Positions 20,484 to 30,092 are shown, counted from the stretch's first letter. The stretch: 34,212 bases of DNA from Thermoplasmatota archaeon (GCA_029259115.1 JAPDJO010000045.1:1-34212), one strand, 5' to 3'. The notes: generated by a model from the letters alone, not told the origin. A program made the numbers and translations.

Positions 20484-21044
20484 TCAGAATAGACTTGGTA
20501 ACTGATCCTTCATTATCTTTTCTATCTTGTAAGGGAGCAGATTCCTGTTTACTGGAGTTACTTCTAGGATTCTTATATCATCTCTTCTCCTTATGTCTTG
20601 AAGTAAAGGACTCCTCGATTTCTTGTGGAGAGTGAGCAGTATGGGCTTATCACTATCCAGAGCATCGATAACAACCTTGCAAAACCTCTCTGATAGCATT
20701 TCCATCTTTCCAACTTCATCGATTATTATGATATCTATACTTTCATCAGCAATAGCTCTCTCTATCGCGGGCACTCCAATCTCTTCCAGAACCTTTACAT
20801 CAACTCCATACTTTCCAACCCTTTCTCCTGTATCGAAATCCACGTGGGCAAAGATCTTTCTCTCTTTTGTTTGCCAATCCATCACATAGAAACCAACTCT
20901 ATCATTGTTCTCGATTATAGCTTCTGTAACCATTCCGCCAACTCTGTATCCACTTTCTTCAAGGTCCTTAACTATTTTTATGAGGGTATCAGTTTTGCCA
21001 ACACCAGGTAAACCTGTTATTCCTATCTTAGGGATATCACTCAT
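20484..21044 (-). CDS. Nucleoside-triphosphatase, THEP1/NTPase_1 family
   Basis: ITGLPGVGKT, GGMVT..I...RVGF, RVGKYGV, IIIDEVGKMEM. Confidence 0.93.
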   Translation of the reverse strand: MSDIPKIGITGLPGVGKTDTLIKIVKDLEESGYRVGGMVTEAIIENNDRVGFYVMDWQTKERKIFAHVDFDTGERVGKYGVDVKVLEEIGVPAIERAIADESIDIIIIDEVGKMEMLSERFCKVVIDALDSDKPILLTLHKKSRSPLLQDIRRRDDIRILEVTPVNRNLLPYKIEKIMKDQLPSLF

Positions 21045-21162
21045 TCGTAACCTGAATGCTTTATCAATTTAGAATGTTTTTGCTTAAATTTGCTAGTTTC
21101 CATATTCGTTTATAAGCGTAATTATATTCGACAAAATTAAATATCTGTTTGGATTAGTTAAA

Positions 21163-22194
21163 ATGTCTATGGAGATCTATTCAGGTTTAGAGAACAAAGA
21201 TATAACTGAGGTAATCAAGGAAAGAGCCAAAATAGTCGAGTTTGAGATAAAAAAAATACTGCTGGAAGAAAGTCCTTTTCTTCTACCAGACAGATGGTAC
21301 AAGGATGATCCAATCGTTCACTCTCTCTGGTCTGGGGGTAAGAGGTTAAGGCCTATTTTATGTCTATTTTCATGCGAAGCTGTTGGAGGAGATTGGGAAA
21401 AATCTCTGCCTACAGCTGTTGGTATCGAATTTCTTCATACTTTTACCTTAATTCATGATGATATAATGGATAAATCTGAAATCAGAAGAGGAAGACCAAG
21501 TTTACACTCTATATGGGGAGAATCGATAGCTATAACCGCAGGCGATACTTTGTACAGTCTAGCGTTCAAATCATTCCTTAAAAATGCTGAAATAGAGGGA
21601 GTTACACATGAGCAGGTTAATAGAGTTATAGATGTAGCAGTCAAAAAATGCATCTCATTGGCGAGAGGACAAACTATGGATATAATGTTCGAAAGGATAG
21701 AGAGGATAAGCATCGAAGACTACATCGAAATGGCGAGAATGAAGACATCATCCTTAATAGAACTAGCCTTGGTTGCTGGCGCCATAATAGGAGGAGGCAG
21801 CAAAGAGGAAATAAACTCTCTTGAGAAGATAGGGAGAGACATCGGGCTAGCTTTTCAAATCCAAGACGATGTTTTGGATATAGAAGGAGTAGAAACCGGT
21901 AAGCCGAGGGCAATAGATTTGAGGAGAAGGAAGAAGACATTGATGGTGATACATGCCATAGAGAATGCAGATAATCAAAATAAAAAGAAACTTCTCGACT
22001 TTATGAGAGGAGCAGATATAGATATAGAAGATGTTATCAATATTCTGGAAGAGACAGGATCAATAGACTTTGCCAAGGATAAGGTGAAGGAATTACTGGA
22101 TAGTGCTAGGAAAGAAATAAGAAATCTAAGAGAAAATGAGGGCAGATACAATATAGAGAAAACCATAGATTACATAATGAACAGAAAAAGATAG
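21163..22194 (+). CDS. idsA: Short-chain polyprenyl (probably geranylgeranyl) diphosphate synthase
   Basis: GGKRLRP; FARM HTFTLIHDDIMD with Phe five residues before DD, as in archaeal GGPPS; RRG, GQTMD, KT, SARM FQIQDDVLD. Confidence 0.88.
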   Translation: MSMEIYSGLENKDITEVIKERAKIVEFEIKKILLEESPFLLPDRWYKDDPIVHSLWSGGKRLRPILCLFSCEAVGGDWEKSLPTAVGIEFLHTFTLIHDDIMDKSEIRRGRPSLHSIWGESIAITAGDTLYSLAFKSFLKNAEIEGVTHEQVNRVIDVAVKKCISLARGQTMDIMFERIERISIEDYIEMARMKTSSLIELALVAGAIIGGGSKEEINSLEKIGRDIGLAFQIQDDVLDIEGVETGKPRAIDLRRRKKTLMVIHAIENADNQNKKKLLDFMRGADIDIEDVINILEETGSIDFAKDKVKELLDSARKEIRNLRENEGRYNIEKTIDYIMNRKR

Positions 22195-22836
22195 CTAGCG
22201 CATTTTCAACATCTTCACATAAAGAGGACCAAGTAAAACATAGAACAAGGAAGACAAGAGGAGAATCTTCACAAAAATCATATCAAAAACTTTTCCGAAG
22301 ATGAGACACATGAAAATCAGTACCAGGGCTGCTGAGCCTATGACTTTGTCTGTCTTTGGATAAGGAATTCTAGATATCATAATCACGGATAACACGATTA
22401 ATATAACGCTTATGTAGAGATAATCTTTGACAACCATGCAGGAAGTAGCTAGCAGTATGCCGGCTGCTGGCGTAGGGAGACCAACAAACCACTCCTCTTT
22501 TTTAAAAATATGAAAAGATGATAATCTAACCGCGGAGCAGACAACATATACTAGGAGAAATGGTAAAAGGTAAATTGTCTGGAAAGAAGAATAAGCTAAA
22601 AGCGAGGGCGATATCGAGAAAGAGGAAAGATCAGCTAAAGAATCGAGATTTTCTCCAAGTTTTCCGCTTCCAAACTTTCTAGCAAGTATGCCATCTGCAC
22701 CATCACTTAGTGCAGATAAAAGGATAAAGGAAAGGGCAAACCATGGTTCTCCTCTCATAATAAAGATCATGGAGATAAAACCAAATGAAAGATTTAGAAG
22801 AGAAAATATATCACCAAGTCTAAGCAATCTAATCAT
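22195..22836 (-). CDS. pssA: Archaetidylserine/phosphatidylserine synthase
   Basis: CDP-alcohol phosphotransferase motif DGADGILARKFGSGKLGENLDSLAD, RL..F, FVGLPTPAAG, MISRIPYPK; ATG 22836 overlaps the psd stop region. Confidence 0.92.
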   Translation of the reverse strand: MIRLLRLGDIFSLLNLSFGFISMIFIMRGEPWFALSFILLSALSDGADGILARKFGSGKLGENLDSLADLSSFSISPSLLAYSSFQTIYLLPFLLVYVVCSAVRLSSFHIFKKEEWFVGLPTPAAGILLATSCMVVKDYLYISVILIVLSVIMISRIPYPKTDKVIGSAALVLIFMCLIFGKVFDMIFVKILLLSSLFYVLLGPLYVKMLKMR

Positions 22837-23458
22837 TGAGCTCTGCAATCTCATCAACTCCTGCTCTTAGCTTATCATTTACTCTTATCCTCAATCTCAC
22901 TTTATCTTTTGGTAATATTAGATCCACTCTCGATCCAAATTTAATCATACCTATCCTCTCTCCCTTTGCAATATTTTTCCCCTCTTTCGCATAGCATACA
23001 ATTCTCCTTGCGAATATGCCTGCTATTTGGATAATCTTTATCTTTCCAATCTTTGTTTCCGCCAGGATAATGTTCTTTTCATTCTTTTCAGATTCTTCCG
23101 AGTATGCAGGAAAAAAATTTCCTTCAACCCTCTCTATTTTCAGAATTTTACCATCAATGGGCATCCTATTGACATGAACATCAAGAATACTCATGAATAT
23201 GGATACTTTAATCGAGTCTCCCACATCAGAATCTTTGATTTTTTCTATCTTTATGATTTTACCATCAGCCGGAGAAACAATGTTTTTTCCTATCTCTCTT
23301 TCAGGATCTCTGAAGAAAAATATCGTAAAAGCTAGGAAAACGAACATCAAAACTGATAGGATAAGGAAAAGGGAATTTGTAAATGAAATAGCTAGAAATG
23401 CTAAACCCAGAACGAAGATGAAAGAAATTATGCTCAATCCATCCTTTGCAATTCTCAT
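22829..23458 (-). CDS. psd: Archaetidylserine/phosphatidylserine decarboxylase proenzyme
   Basis: FFRDPER, SPADG, SIFMS..DVHVNR.P, QIAG..ARRI, and the pyruvoyl cleavage site GMIKFGSRVD. Confidence 0.95.
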   Translation of the reverse strand: MRIAKDGLSIISFIFVLGLAFLAISFTNSLFLILSVLMFVFLAFTIFFFRDPEREIGKNIVSPADGKIIKIEKIKDSDVGDSIKVSIFMSILDVHVNRMPIDGKILKIERVEGNFFPAYSEESEKNEKNIILAETKIGKIKIIQIAGIFARRIVCYAKEGKNIAKGERIGMIKFGSRVDLILPKDKVRLRIRVNDKLRAGVDEIAELND

Positions 23459-23459
23459 T

Positions 23460-24380
23460 CTATCGTATCACCTTCTTTAAGATTCTTTCTACAAATCCCT
23501 CCTCCCTGTATAGATTAATGGTACAGATTATCTTGTCATATAATTCTGGTATGTATTTGAACACGAGAAATACCAGAACTATTAGAGCTATAAGACTTCC
23601 AGATTTACCTATGTAATTGTGAGCCACATTCATATCTGTAATTCTATACCCCACGAGATAAACAACGGATGCATTTCTTATCAGATTGAGGAAGTATATG
23701 GTTGGTATCAGAAAAGCTATCGCAGATAACCTTCTTTTGATGTTAACCTCTCTCAGTGGTAAGATAAGACCAACAAACAAAAGCATGGACTGGATAGCTG
23801 TGCATGCGAATATTATCTCTGCTGTTGGTGAAGAGTTTCCAATGTAATCATAGCCTGCCCATATCAGGCTACCCTCAACTTTAATGTTTTTATCAAATAT
23901 CGAGTAAATCAAAGCAGAATGTCTAGCTACGACCTCTATTAAAGAATTCTTCAAGACAGAGATATAATCCATGGAGAAATAAATCAAGCCAGATATTCCA
24001 GCTACCCCTGCTAACCAGGGAAGACACTCAGCTTTCGATGTTATATCTTTATAAGCGAAATAGATCAGCAAATAAACTCCAGCTGTACAAAGGAAAGCAT
24101 TAACTATATCCCCATTCTCATAGTAATACAAGGTGTTGATCTGAGTTGACCAATAGAACGCGAAGATAATCCAACCTACAGATCTTAGGTATTTTGATAC
24201 CTTGATATTTAAGATAAAACCGACTAGAAGAAAAAACAAACTCAAGAAAAGGGGCACGGAGAGAAAATATCTTACGGTACCACTTAGAGGAAATGTAAAC
24301 ACGTATAAGCCCAAGATCACCATACCAGTAGGTAAGAGAAAGAAAAGAATCGTTTTTTCAGCATCATTTAATTTCGGCAC
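23460..24380 (-). CDS. artA: Archaeosortase A
   Basis: Multi-pass membrane protein with IIFACTAIQSM (catalytic Cys), LNLIRN (catalytic Arg) and AHNYIGKSGSLIAL; GTG start. Confidence 0.88.
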   Translation of the reverse strand: MPKLNDAEKTILFFLLPTGMVILGLYVFTFPLSGTVRYFLSVPLFLSLFFLLVGFILNIKVSKYLRSVGWIIFAFYWSTQINTLYYYENGDIVNAFLCTAGVYLLIYFAYKDITSKAECLPWLAGVAGISGLIYFSMDYISVLKNSLIEVVARHSALIYSIFDKNIKVEGSLIWAGYDYIGNSSPTAEIIFACTAIQSMLLFVGLILPLREVNIKRRLSAIAFLIPTIYFLNLIRNASVVYLVGYRITDMNVAHNYIGKSGSLIALIVLVFLVFKYIPELYDKIICTINLYREEGFVERILKKVIR

Positions 24381-24435
24381 GCATCAACAAAATCTAACAG
24401 GCTTTAATCTCATTTTTGGTCTACAACCAATTTAA

Positions 24436-24498
24436 GCGAAAATTATTTATACAACCGTTCACCTACTTTATTTAAATAAATAATTTTTATAGGAGGTG
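24436..24498 (+). promoter_or_regulatory. Promoter and SD of the KaiC/HTH/reverse gyrase operon
   Basis: GCGAAAA (BRE-like) then TTTATA at 24446-24451; 14-bp palindrome TTTATTTAAATAAA at 24467-24480; SD AGGAGGTG at 24491-24498. Confidence 0.55.
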
Positions 24499-24503
24499 GT
24501 GGC

Positions 24504-25370
24504 ATGGCAGAGACAGAGGAGAGAAAGTACTACGAACTCAGTGAAATCAGAGATAGGGCGCCAAAGTTATTCGGGGTACCAACAGGAACAAAACTAGATG
24601 AGATGTTCTGGAAGATAGAGTTTGAAGGAGATAAACCAGTGAGGAAACCTCTTGGAGGATTACCCCATCTTTCGATAATAAATTTGACTGGAATACCTGA
24701 TAGTGGTAAGAGTTTGTTGGCCGAGCAATTCACTCTCCATCAGGCGAGCGAGGGTTATAAAGTTCTATTTGTAACTGTAGAATCACCTGCAAACTTCCTT
24801 TACACATCTTTGAAAGCAAAAGCAGAATACTTGGGACTGGATTTTGATAAAATATCCAGAAACATTATAGTTATAGATGCATCGGAAAACGCTGAATTGA
24901 GAGAGGATCCTAGAGCTTTGATGGATACCATGGCATATGCTATAAGAGAAAAAAGAACAAACAATGTTGTTATAGACAGTATCACGGGATTGTACGAACA
25001 CAAGGAAATGATGGCACGCCAAATTGTAAGGCAGTTTTTCAATTTCCTCAAGAAATGGAGACAAACCTCACTGTTCGTATCTCAGAAAAGATCTGCTCAA
25101 GGAGCAGAAACCGCGGAAGCCGCAGGAGGGCTTGCTGTTGCTCACATTGTTGATGGAAGTATTGTCATGGACAAGAGACTGATAGAGAGTAAGTGGGATA
25201 TGTCTACCTATAAGCTACCGATAGGTAGCGTTTTGAGAACAATAAGGATAGATGGTTGCAGATTAACAGGGCATGACACAAGAACATGGGTTTTTGAGAT
25301 AAGTGAGGGTGGAACTATAGAAATAATATCTCCTCTGGAAGAATTTATAAAGAGGAAGGAGGTGATGTGA
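24504..25370 (+). CDS. Single-domain KaiC-like (RecA-fold) ATPase, thermophile AF_0795-type family
   Basis: GVPTG..LDEMF, GGLP, Walker A GIPDSGKS, TVESP, Walker B VVIDSITG, SQKR, AAGGLAVAHIVDG, RIDGCR. Confidence 0.88.
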   Translation: MAETEERKYYELSEIRDRAPKLFGVPTGTKLDEMFWKIEFEGDKPVRKPLGGLPHLSIINLTGIPDSGKSLLAEQFTLHQASEGYKVLFVTVESPANFLYTSLKAKAEYLGLDFDKISRNIIVIDASENAELREDPRALMDTMAYAIREKRTNNVVIDSITGLYEHKEMMARQIVRQFFNFLKKWRQTSLFVSQKRSAQGAETAEAAGGLAVAHIVDGSIVMDKRLIESKWDMSTYKLPIGSVLRTIRIDGCRLTGHDTRTWVFEISEGGTIEIISPLEEFIKRKEVM

Positions 25371-25372
25371 AT

Positions 25373-25960
25373 ATGGAGGTTATAAATACAGCGGTGAGAG
25401 AAATAGATGTAGATGCTCTCGCTGAGCAGGTGTTCTATGAATCGATAAACATACTTGGAGGTCTAAGAAAGCTGATAGAGTACAGAAATCTAACATGGCT
25501 TCCAAGCTTGGCTGAAGCAGCCTATGCTGTAGTGATGAAGGAAGAATTGATGAAGACTCACAAAGAGATAGCGTTTGATCTGGGATTGACTCCGCAGACT
25601 GTGCAGAATATACTCAGAGCGGATGCGCAAGAAGTGGAGAAGTTTATAAAGGGAGAGATAGAAAAAGTGGATGAGCACAAGGCTGGAGGAATAGCCAAGC
25701 TGGCTTACGAGAGAGTAAAGAAGGACAAAAGAATAACAATGAAGGAGAAGGAGTTAGAGGTATTGGGTGTTGACTGGGCAATAAAGGTTTTGACCAGATT
25801 AAGAGGAACGGATTTTCCTCTAGATAAAGAACAACTTTTGGAAAGGTTAAAGGGGGTGGTTATCAAAGATAAGCCTTTCGAGGAGATAGTTAATGAAATA
25901 AAGTTTCCTGTCAATACTCCTGCAGAAGTTCTTAAAGAGATAAAGAGAGTAATCGGATAG
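25373..25960 (+). CDS. KaiC-associated HTH regulatory protein
   Basis: LGGLRKLIEYRNLTWLPSLAEAAY motif, HTH THKEIAFDLGLTPQTVQNILRA, EHKAGGIAKLAY, plus a small C-terminal domain (DFPLDKEQL...FPVNTPAEVL). SD GGAGGTGA (25358-25365) favours ATG 25373 over GTG 25367. Confidence 0.82.
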   Translation: MEVINTAVREIDVDALAEQVFYESINILGGLRKLIEYRNLTWLPSLAEAAYAVVMKEELMKTHKEIAFDLGLTPQTVQNILRADAQEVEKFIKGEIEKVDEHKAGGIAKLAYERVKKDKRITMKEKELEVLGVDWAIKVLTRLRGTDFPLDKEQLLERLKGVVIKDKPFEEIVNEIKFPVNTPAEVLKEIKRVIG

Positions 25961-25961
25961 T

Positions 25962-28900
25962 ATGATACCGGTGATCTATGAAAATCTATGCCCAGTGTGC
26001 AGAGGAGATATCAGAGAGGAAGAAATAGTTGAAAAGAGATGCATCTTGAAGGATATCCCTCTATCTCTCATCTATCATTCCAAAGATGAAAAAGAGATTG
26101 AAGAGTTGTTTGAGAAGGTAATCGGAAAACCTAGAGAAATTCAGAGATTCTGGATAAGGAGGATATCTAGTGGCGAGAGTTTTGCAGCGGTAGCTCCGAC
26201 GGGAATAGGAAAAACTGTGTTTGGTCTGATTATCTCTTTATTCTTTTCTCTCAAAAATAAAAAAAGCTATGTGCTCGTTCCTACCACAATCTTGGCAAAT
26301 CAGTGTTTAGAAAATATAGAAAAGTTTTGCAGAGCCATTAATAAGAGTGTAGGTGTAAACTCAGATGGAGATATAAGAGTGGCATTTTACCACGGAAAGA
26401 TGAAAAAGGCGGAAAAGGAAAAGTTCGTAGAGATTTTGGAGAGAGACAATTTTGACATCCTAATAACGACAACTCAGTTTCTTTCCAAGAATTTCAGTAT
26501 GATCAAAGACAAAACTTTCGATTTCATATTTGTTGATGATGTTGATGCAATTTTGAAAGGTTCAAGAAATGTTGACAAGATCCTCACCCTTTTAGGTTTT
26601 AGAAGGGTTGGCAAGAAATGGGAAGGCGAGAAGAAAGGCGTACTCATGGTATCAACCGCTACTGCTAAAAAGGGAAAAGCAACGATACTTTTCAGAGAGC
26701 TTCTTGATTTTGATGTTGGTTCATCTTTCTTTACTATAAGGAACATAGATGACATATTTGTTGGCGAAGAAAAGGAAGAGGAGATAAAGAAAATAATGAA
26801 AAAGATGAGGAAGGGAGGTATAATATATGCTAGAACCTCTGAAGAAGCAGAGAGATATTACGAGATTCTGAAAAGAGAGTTCAAGATAGGGATAGCCATA
26901 TCTAGGAAGAAGAACGAGTATGAGAAGTTTGAGAGAGGAGAGATTGATTTTCTTATTGGTACGGCATCCTATTATGGGACGCTCATAAGAGGTCTTGATC
27001 TTCCCGAGAAGATAAGGTATGTTATATTCATCGGTTTGCCTGTTTTGAGAATAGATTATGAGAATATCACACCCTCTCTCCTCAGAATAATCGCATTATC
27101 ATTCAAGAAGAATGAGAGGGTTAGAGAGTATATCCCGATTTTACCAAAACTAGAGAGAGACCCTAAAAAGTTTGAAGAGTTAAAAAGGCTGATAGAGGAG
27201 ATATCAAAGGAGGAGAAGAGTGAAGACCTTGTTATTAGCGAGGGAAAAATACTCTTTCCAGATATAAGAACATACATACAAGGATCTGGTAGATCATCGA
27301 GATTAACAGAAAGGGGACTAACGAAGGGTGCCTCATTCATTTTTGAGAACGATAAAGACTTGGTTGAGGCTTTCAAGAAGAGAGCATCTTACTATGATAT
27401 AGAAATAAAACATGTAGAGGATGTTGATCTAGATAAGATCAAGAGAGAGATAGATAAGAGTAGAGTAAAAGGAGAGTATCGAGATTTGATCAAACCCGCT
27501 TTGCTCATAGTCGAGAGTCCAACAAAAGCCAAACTAATTTCTAGGTTCTTCGGAAAGCCAAGCGTCAAGATCTATGGAAATATAATTGCCTATGAGATAC
27601 CGACAGAGAGGTACATACTTCTCGTTACCGCCTGCCTTGGGCATGTTGTAGATCTCACAACAGATAGGGGCTTTCATGGAATTGAGGTGGTTGATAATGG
27701 CTTTGTTCCAATATATACATCTATAAAAAAATGCAAGAGTTGCAACTATCAGTATACTCAAGAGGGAGCATGTCCGAAGTGTGGAAGCGAAGATATAATA
27801 GATTCAAAGGATAGAATAGAAGATCTCAGAAGGCTTGCATCAAAGGTTAGTCTGGTTATTGTGGGAACAGATCCAGATGCTGAAGGGGAGAAGATAGCAT
27901 GGGATCTTCATAATTTCCTTAGTCCTCTAGTAGATGTCAAAAGAGCAGAGTTTCATGAGGTGACACCTAGAGCTATAAGGGAAGCGTTGAGCAATCTCAG
28001 AGAGATTGATTTGAATAGGGTAAAGGCTCAGATAGTAAGGAGAATAGAAGACAGATGGATAGGCTTTGTTTTGTCCCAGAGATTATGGAAGGTATTTAAC
28101 AGAACAAATCTCTCCGCTGGGAGAGTTCAAACCCCTGTACTGGAATGGATTATCGAGCAGGAGAAGAGGTATAGAAAGAAGAGAAGGGTTAGTTTTCTGC
28201 CCGATATTGGATTGGAGATTGAGGAAGATATAGGAAGGGAAGCAGATGTTGAGATTGAGCTAATATCAGAAAAAAAGGAAGAGAAACATCCTTTACCACC
28301 ATACACCACAGACGAACTCTTGAAGGATGCAAGCAGGATACTGAAGATATCTTCGTTGGAAGCCATGAGGCTGGCGCAAGATCTCTTTGAAAATGGTCTT
28401 ATAACCTACCATAGAACAGACTCAAGTAGAGTGAGTGATTTTGGTTTAAGGGTTGCAAAGGAGTATCTGGGAGGCGATTATCTAGGCAGATTATGGGGCA
28501 TGGAAAAGGCAGCAGAAGGTGCACACGAGTGTATAAGACCCACAAGATCTTGGGATAAACACATGGTGCAGAGGATGATTTATGAGAAGGTGATTTCTCC
28601 CGAAAATATAACCAGAAAACATCTCGCACTTTACGATCTTATATTTAGAAGATTTATGGCGAGCCAGTGTAGAGAGTTTTATGTTATTACCAAGAAATAT
28701 AGAATCAAGATAAATGGGAGAGAGGTTGAAGAAGAGAGGATAGTGGAAGCTCAGGGAAAAGCCTTTGAGCTGTATAGAAGTATCCAGGTCAAGAAAGAAT
28801 TGCCTGTTGGTAAATTCAGAGTGAAGGTTGAGACCAGATTTGTTCCAGAAGGTTATCCTTACACTCAAGCCGACATAGTAAGACTGATGAAGGAGAGAGG

Positions 28901-29156
28901 TCTGGGGAGACCATCAACCTATGCAACCATAATAGAGAAGCTGTTTGATAGAGGGTATGTGTATGAAAGAAAGAGGTTTCTCTTTCCCACAATTCTCGGA
29001 AAGAAGGTAAATTACTTTTTGAATAAAAACTATAGTGATTTTATCTCTGAAGAGAGAACGAGAATACTCTATGGAAAGATAGATGAGATAGAGGAAGGAA
29101 AAAGAGATTACATGGAAACACTCGAAGATCTATATAGCGAGATCAAAAGAATATGA
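25962..29156 (+). CDS. rgy: Reverse gyrase
   Basis: SF2 helicase-like N-half (APTGIGKT, DDVD, STAT, RGLDLP, YIQGSGRSSR) fused to a topoisomerase IA half (IVESPTKAK, DPDAEGEKIA, SAGRVQTP, catalytic GLITYHRTDS, GAHECIRPT, GLGRPSTYA). Confidence 0.97.
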   Translation: MIPVIYENLCPVCRGDIREEEIVEKRCILKDIPLSLIYHSKDEKEIEELFEKVIGKPREIQRFWIRRISSGESFAAVAPTGIGKTVFGLIISLFFSLKNKKSYVLVPTTILANQCLENIEKFCRAINKSVGVNSDGDIRVAFYHGKMKKAEKEKFVEILERDNFDILITTTQFLSKNFSMIKDKTFDFIFVDDVDAILKGSRNVDKILTLLGFRRVGKKWEGEKKGVLMVSTATAKKGKATILFRELLDFDVGSSFFTIRNIDDIFVGEEKEEEIKKIMKKMRKGGIIYARTSEEAERYYEILKREFKIGIAISRKKNEYEKFERGEIDFLIGTASYYGTLIRGLDLPEKIRYVIFIGLPVLRIDYENITPSLLRIIALSFKKNERVREYIPILPKLERDPKKFEELKRLIEEISKEEKSEDLVISEGKILFPDIRTYIQGSGRSSRLTERGLTKGASFIFENDKDLVEAFKKRASYYDIEIKHVEDVDLDKIKREIDKSRVKGEYRDLIKPALLIVESPTKAKLISRFFGKPSVKIYGNIIAYEIPTERYILLVTACLGHVVDLTTDRGFHGIEVVDNGFVPIYTSIKKCKSCNYQYTQEGACPKCGSEDIIDSKDRIEDLRRLASKVSLVIVGTDPDAEGEKIAWDLHNFLSPLVDVKRAEFHEVTPRAIREALSNLREIDLNRVKAQIVRRIEDRWIGFVLSQRLWKVFNRTNLSAGRVQTPVLEWIIEQEKRYRKKRRVSFLPDIGLEIEEDIGREADVEIELISEKKEEKHPLPPYTTDELLKDASRILKISSLEAMRLAQDLFENGLITYHRTDSSRVSDFGLRVAKEYLGGDYLGRLWGMEKAAEGAHECIRPTRSWDKHMVQRMIYEKVISPENITRKHLALYDLIFRRFMASQCREFYVITKKYRIKINGREVEEERIVEAQGKAFELYRSIQVKKELPVGKFRVKVETRFVPEGYPYTQADIVRLMKERGLGRPSTYATIIEKLFDRGYVYERKRFLFPTILGKKVNYFLNKNYSDFISEERTRILYGKIDEIEEGKRDYMETLEDLYSEIKRI

Positions 29157-30083
29157 TCAATAGGGGTACTTCTTTCCAAGAACTTCTGTAGAGCTTAATG
29201 CAGCAATAGCTCCTTCAGCACATGCAGTAACTATCTGTCTCACTCCTCCAGTTATATCTCCAGCAGCATATACTCCTTTAAGACTGGTTCTCTGATTTTT
29301 ATCAACCTTCACATAACCGTATTCATCCATCTCCAATCCTAGAATTTTGGCTAACCTATTCTCAGGATCTTCACCAATAGCGATAAACAGTCCATCTATT
29401 TCGAGAATTTCTTCATTCCCGCCATCTTTATTCTCAAGAATGACTTTCTCCACCCTTTCTTTTCCTTCTATCTTTTTAACAACCCTATTCAATAGAAACT
29501 TCACACCTTTCTCCCTTGCTTCCTCCTGCAAAACCTTCTCTCCCCTTAGCATGTCTCTTCTATGAATCAAATAAACATCCTTACAGCCTATCTGCTTGAG
29601 ATATATGGCATCTAACAGAGCGGTATTCCCTCCTCCAACGACAGCTACTTTTTTACCTCTAAAGAAGAATCCATCGCATGTTGCACAATAGCTTACTCCT
29701 TTTCCAGATAATTCGTCTTCACCTTCGACACCGAGTTTTTTCGGTTTGCTACCAGTAGCCAATATTATAGCTTTAACGAGGTAATCATCTTTGGATGTTT
29801 TCACCACAAATCCGTCATCTCTTTTCTCTATATTGCTAACCTCCTCACCAAGATGAAAATCTGCATACCTCTTTGCATGTTCCAGAAACTTGTTTGTCAA
29901 TTCTGCACCAGATATCTCTGGAAAACCAGGATAATTCTCTATCTTTGGGGCTGTAAATGTTAATCCTCCTCCCATCCCTCTATCAAAAACTACAGCCTTT
30001 ATTCCTGATCTTCCAGCATATATGGCTGCTGCACATCCTGCGGCGCCTGCTCCTATTATTGCCAACTCAAAATCTTTGTTCAT
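29157..30083 (-). CDS. trxB: Thioredoxin reductase
   Basis: GAGAAG, IENYPGF, GVSYCATCDG (redox CxxC), GGGNTA, HRRD, GVYAAGD, QIVTA. Confidence 0.93.
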   Translation of the reverse strand: MNKDFELAIIGAGAAGCAAAIYAGRSGIKAVVFDRGMGGGLTFTAPKIENYPGFPEISGAELTNKFLEHAKRYADFHLGEEVSNIEKRDDGFVVKTSKDDYLVKAIILATGSKPKKLGVEGEDELSGKGVSYCATCDGFFFRGKKVAVVGGGNTALLDAIYLKQIGCKDVYLIHRRDMLRGEKVLQEEAREKGVKFLLNRVVKKIEGKERVEKVILENKDGGNEEILEIDGLFIAIGEDPENRLAKILGLEMDEYGYVKVDKNQRTSLKGVYAAGDITGGVRQIVTACAEGAIAALSSTEVLGKKYPY

Positions 30084-30092
30084 TCTTATCCC

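Noticed and set aside
24504-25370. Circadian clock KaiC or RadA/RadB recombinase
   Set aside because: It has a single domain, no kaiA/kaiB nearby, no Ser-Thr pair at the apparent phosphosite position (AHIVD), and no RadA N-terminal domain.
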